Below, piece after piece: positions 36,441-37,784 of a stretch of 37,784 bases of DNA (position 1 is its first letter; every line of letters begins with the position of its first letter). Source of the stretch: Tubiluchus corallicola (Eukaryota; Animalia; Priapulida). The notes below the pieces were generated by a model. The model was not told the origin of the DNA, searched no databases, and saw only the letters and a program-made list of their open reading frames with translations. Position numbers and translations under genes: made by a program. The stretch spans positions 1-37,784 of the forward strand of contig JAQGDQ010001499.1 in assembly GCA_030141605.1 (NCBI GenBank), in the 5' to 3' direction.

Positions 36441-36739
36441 AAAGAGAGGCACTCAACTTGTGAGGTCTATTCGACGTGCATCGGCAAAATGAAGGCGTTT
36501 TTTAAACAAAATTTAAGCGGAGGGTGACAGCTTAGTGTTTATTGACCAGTAAACGGCCAGTGTTGAATGAATGACCAGTAAACGACCAGTGTTGAATGAA
36601 GTGATGCAGTTTAGGCTTCTTTCTGTTCTGAATGATACAACGGCATTGTTAAACACTGAACGCAAACATGTGTAAATTTAAATGTTAAACTAAAAACTAT
36701 GAAAAACTTTTTCCAAAACTGAAGTTTTGAAATACTTAG

Positions 36740-37063
36740 AAATCAGCAGAAATTTTTGTAAAAAAAACCACCGATGACGTGCGACATTTTTGTATAAGTA
36801 TTAAGTAAGCTGCAGAACTTTAAACAGCGCACCCTTACAGAAACCACGGCGCGTTTGCGAAGAGCCACGTAATCCACCAATTACGTCATAAGTTTTAGTA
36901 AATGGCGGCAACCACCGCGTCTGAAAATTAGCATACAGCGGTATCGTAAGTTAAATTTATGGATTATAGACAGTTTTTTTTGCAAATTTCTTTGTTATAT
37001 TTTTCTAAGTTTAAGTGATAAAGGTAAAATTAACTTAACATGCTAAATGACTTGTTCTTTCCT
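36740..37063 (+). mobile_element. Second, diverged partial copy of the Kolobok-like element
   Basis: Aligns with ~5650-5930 and ends GACTTGTTCTTTCCT-TTAA, the reverse complement of which matches the left end of copy 1 (TTAA-AGGAAAG..AAGT). Confidence 0.65.
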
Positions 37064-37350
37064 TTAATCAAGGTGCATTATCATCATTACATACATATTT
37101 AATAGTTTTTTTGGTGGAAGATAGTTCGGTTCATGTTATTGGTATTATAATGCCAGTCAAAATACGAAGAATCTACGTTCAGAATTGTTTCTGCAACTTT
37201 TTAATAATAAAATTTAACAGATTTTCAAGTTTCGTTTTGCACGAGTTTTCAGACACGAAATTTGGTTTGTGAGCTCATAAAATCTTGTTAGATCGATGAG
37301 TGATCGTCGTGTTGCACTCGCAAATTCTCGTCAAATCTAATTTGTTTCAG

Positions 37351-37513
37351 TTGCTGGACTGTTTTACAATTCCTGTGGTGCTTGTACTGTCCTGGATATT
37401 TCTCAAGATTCGCTATAAACTTATACATATCGTGGGAGTGGGTGTGTGCCTCGTGGGGGTGGGAACTCTGATATGGGCCGACGCTCTTGGCAGAGATACG
37501 TCCACTGAACAAG
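37351..37513 (+). CDS. SLC35F2: SLC35F1/F2-family solute carrier, internal coding exon C (gene continues beyond window)
   Basis: Acceptor tttgtttcAG and donor AAG|GTTAGT. Translates [38 protein letters not shown]-like sequence ([54 protein letters not shown]), directly continuing SVQ|LLDCF as in SLC35F1/2. Confidence 0.95.
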
Positions 37514-37610
37514 GTTAGTCGAAATAGAAGTTGTTCTAGAATCTAGATACTAAACTGTGTGATGATAGAGGTTTTTCGTTTGTAACCCAGTGACGCTAAC
37601 ATCGTATATT

Positions 37611-37697
37611 AATAAGCCTTTTTACCGTTCCAGCGATTGATGATGATCGTGAAAAGGTCAAAGGTTAAGTGTACCTTACAACACATTTGTGTACACT
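37611..37697 (+). repeat. Dispersed repeat, copy 2 (copy 1 at ~22218-22300)
   Basis: Near-identical ~45-bp core with similar flanks. Confidence 0.85.
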
Positions 37698-37784
37698 TGA
37701 CAGCGTCTCACAGTCCATGAGCATTGAGCATTAATGAAGCTACGTAACTGAACGAAGTACACTGATGCAGTTACGTATTGCTCT

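Noticed and set aside
33926-36456. 838-aa and 829-aa protein genes
   Set aside because: Both coincide exactly with an intronic 30-bp satellite. There is no unique domain or signal peptide, and the + ORF lacks an ATG start. Kept only as a low-level finding.
37300-37350. N-terminal part of ORF 37300-37518 as coding
   Set aside because: It is intronic; homology starts at the acceptor at 37351.

Overview
This is AT-rich eukaryotic (invertebrate metazoan-like) genomic DNA, mostly intron or intergenic sequence, not a prokaryotic accessory region. The only well-supported protein-coding sequence is three spliced + strand exons (28871-28986, 29368-29561, 37351-37513) of an SLC35F1/F2-family transporter. 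They join in frame with canonical AG/GT sites. The first coding exon was not identified, and the gene continues past the window end. The rest is tandem repeats (76-bp, 34-bp, 30-bp and 41-bp satellites, shorter arrays, GAT/GAC microsatellites) and transposon relics: a hAT MITE nested in a Tigger-like MITE, a 1.16-kb foldback element, Kolobok-like copies, a Harbinger-like mini-palindrome, LINE 3' ends, and an LTR end with a tRNA-Leu PBS. Nearly all ORFs in the supplied track are repeat artefacts. The most unusual feature is a ~2.8-kb array of ~82 copies of a 34-bp unit made from the exon/intron junction of the SLC35F gene, which gives ~82 tandem intact 5' splice sites. Family assignments of transposons come from terminal motifs and recall, not from database searches.
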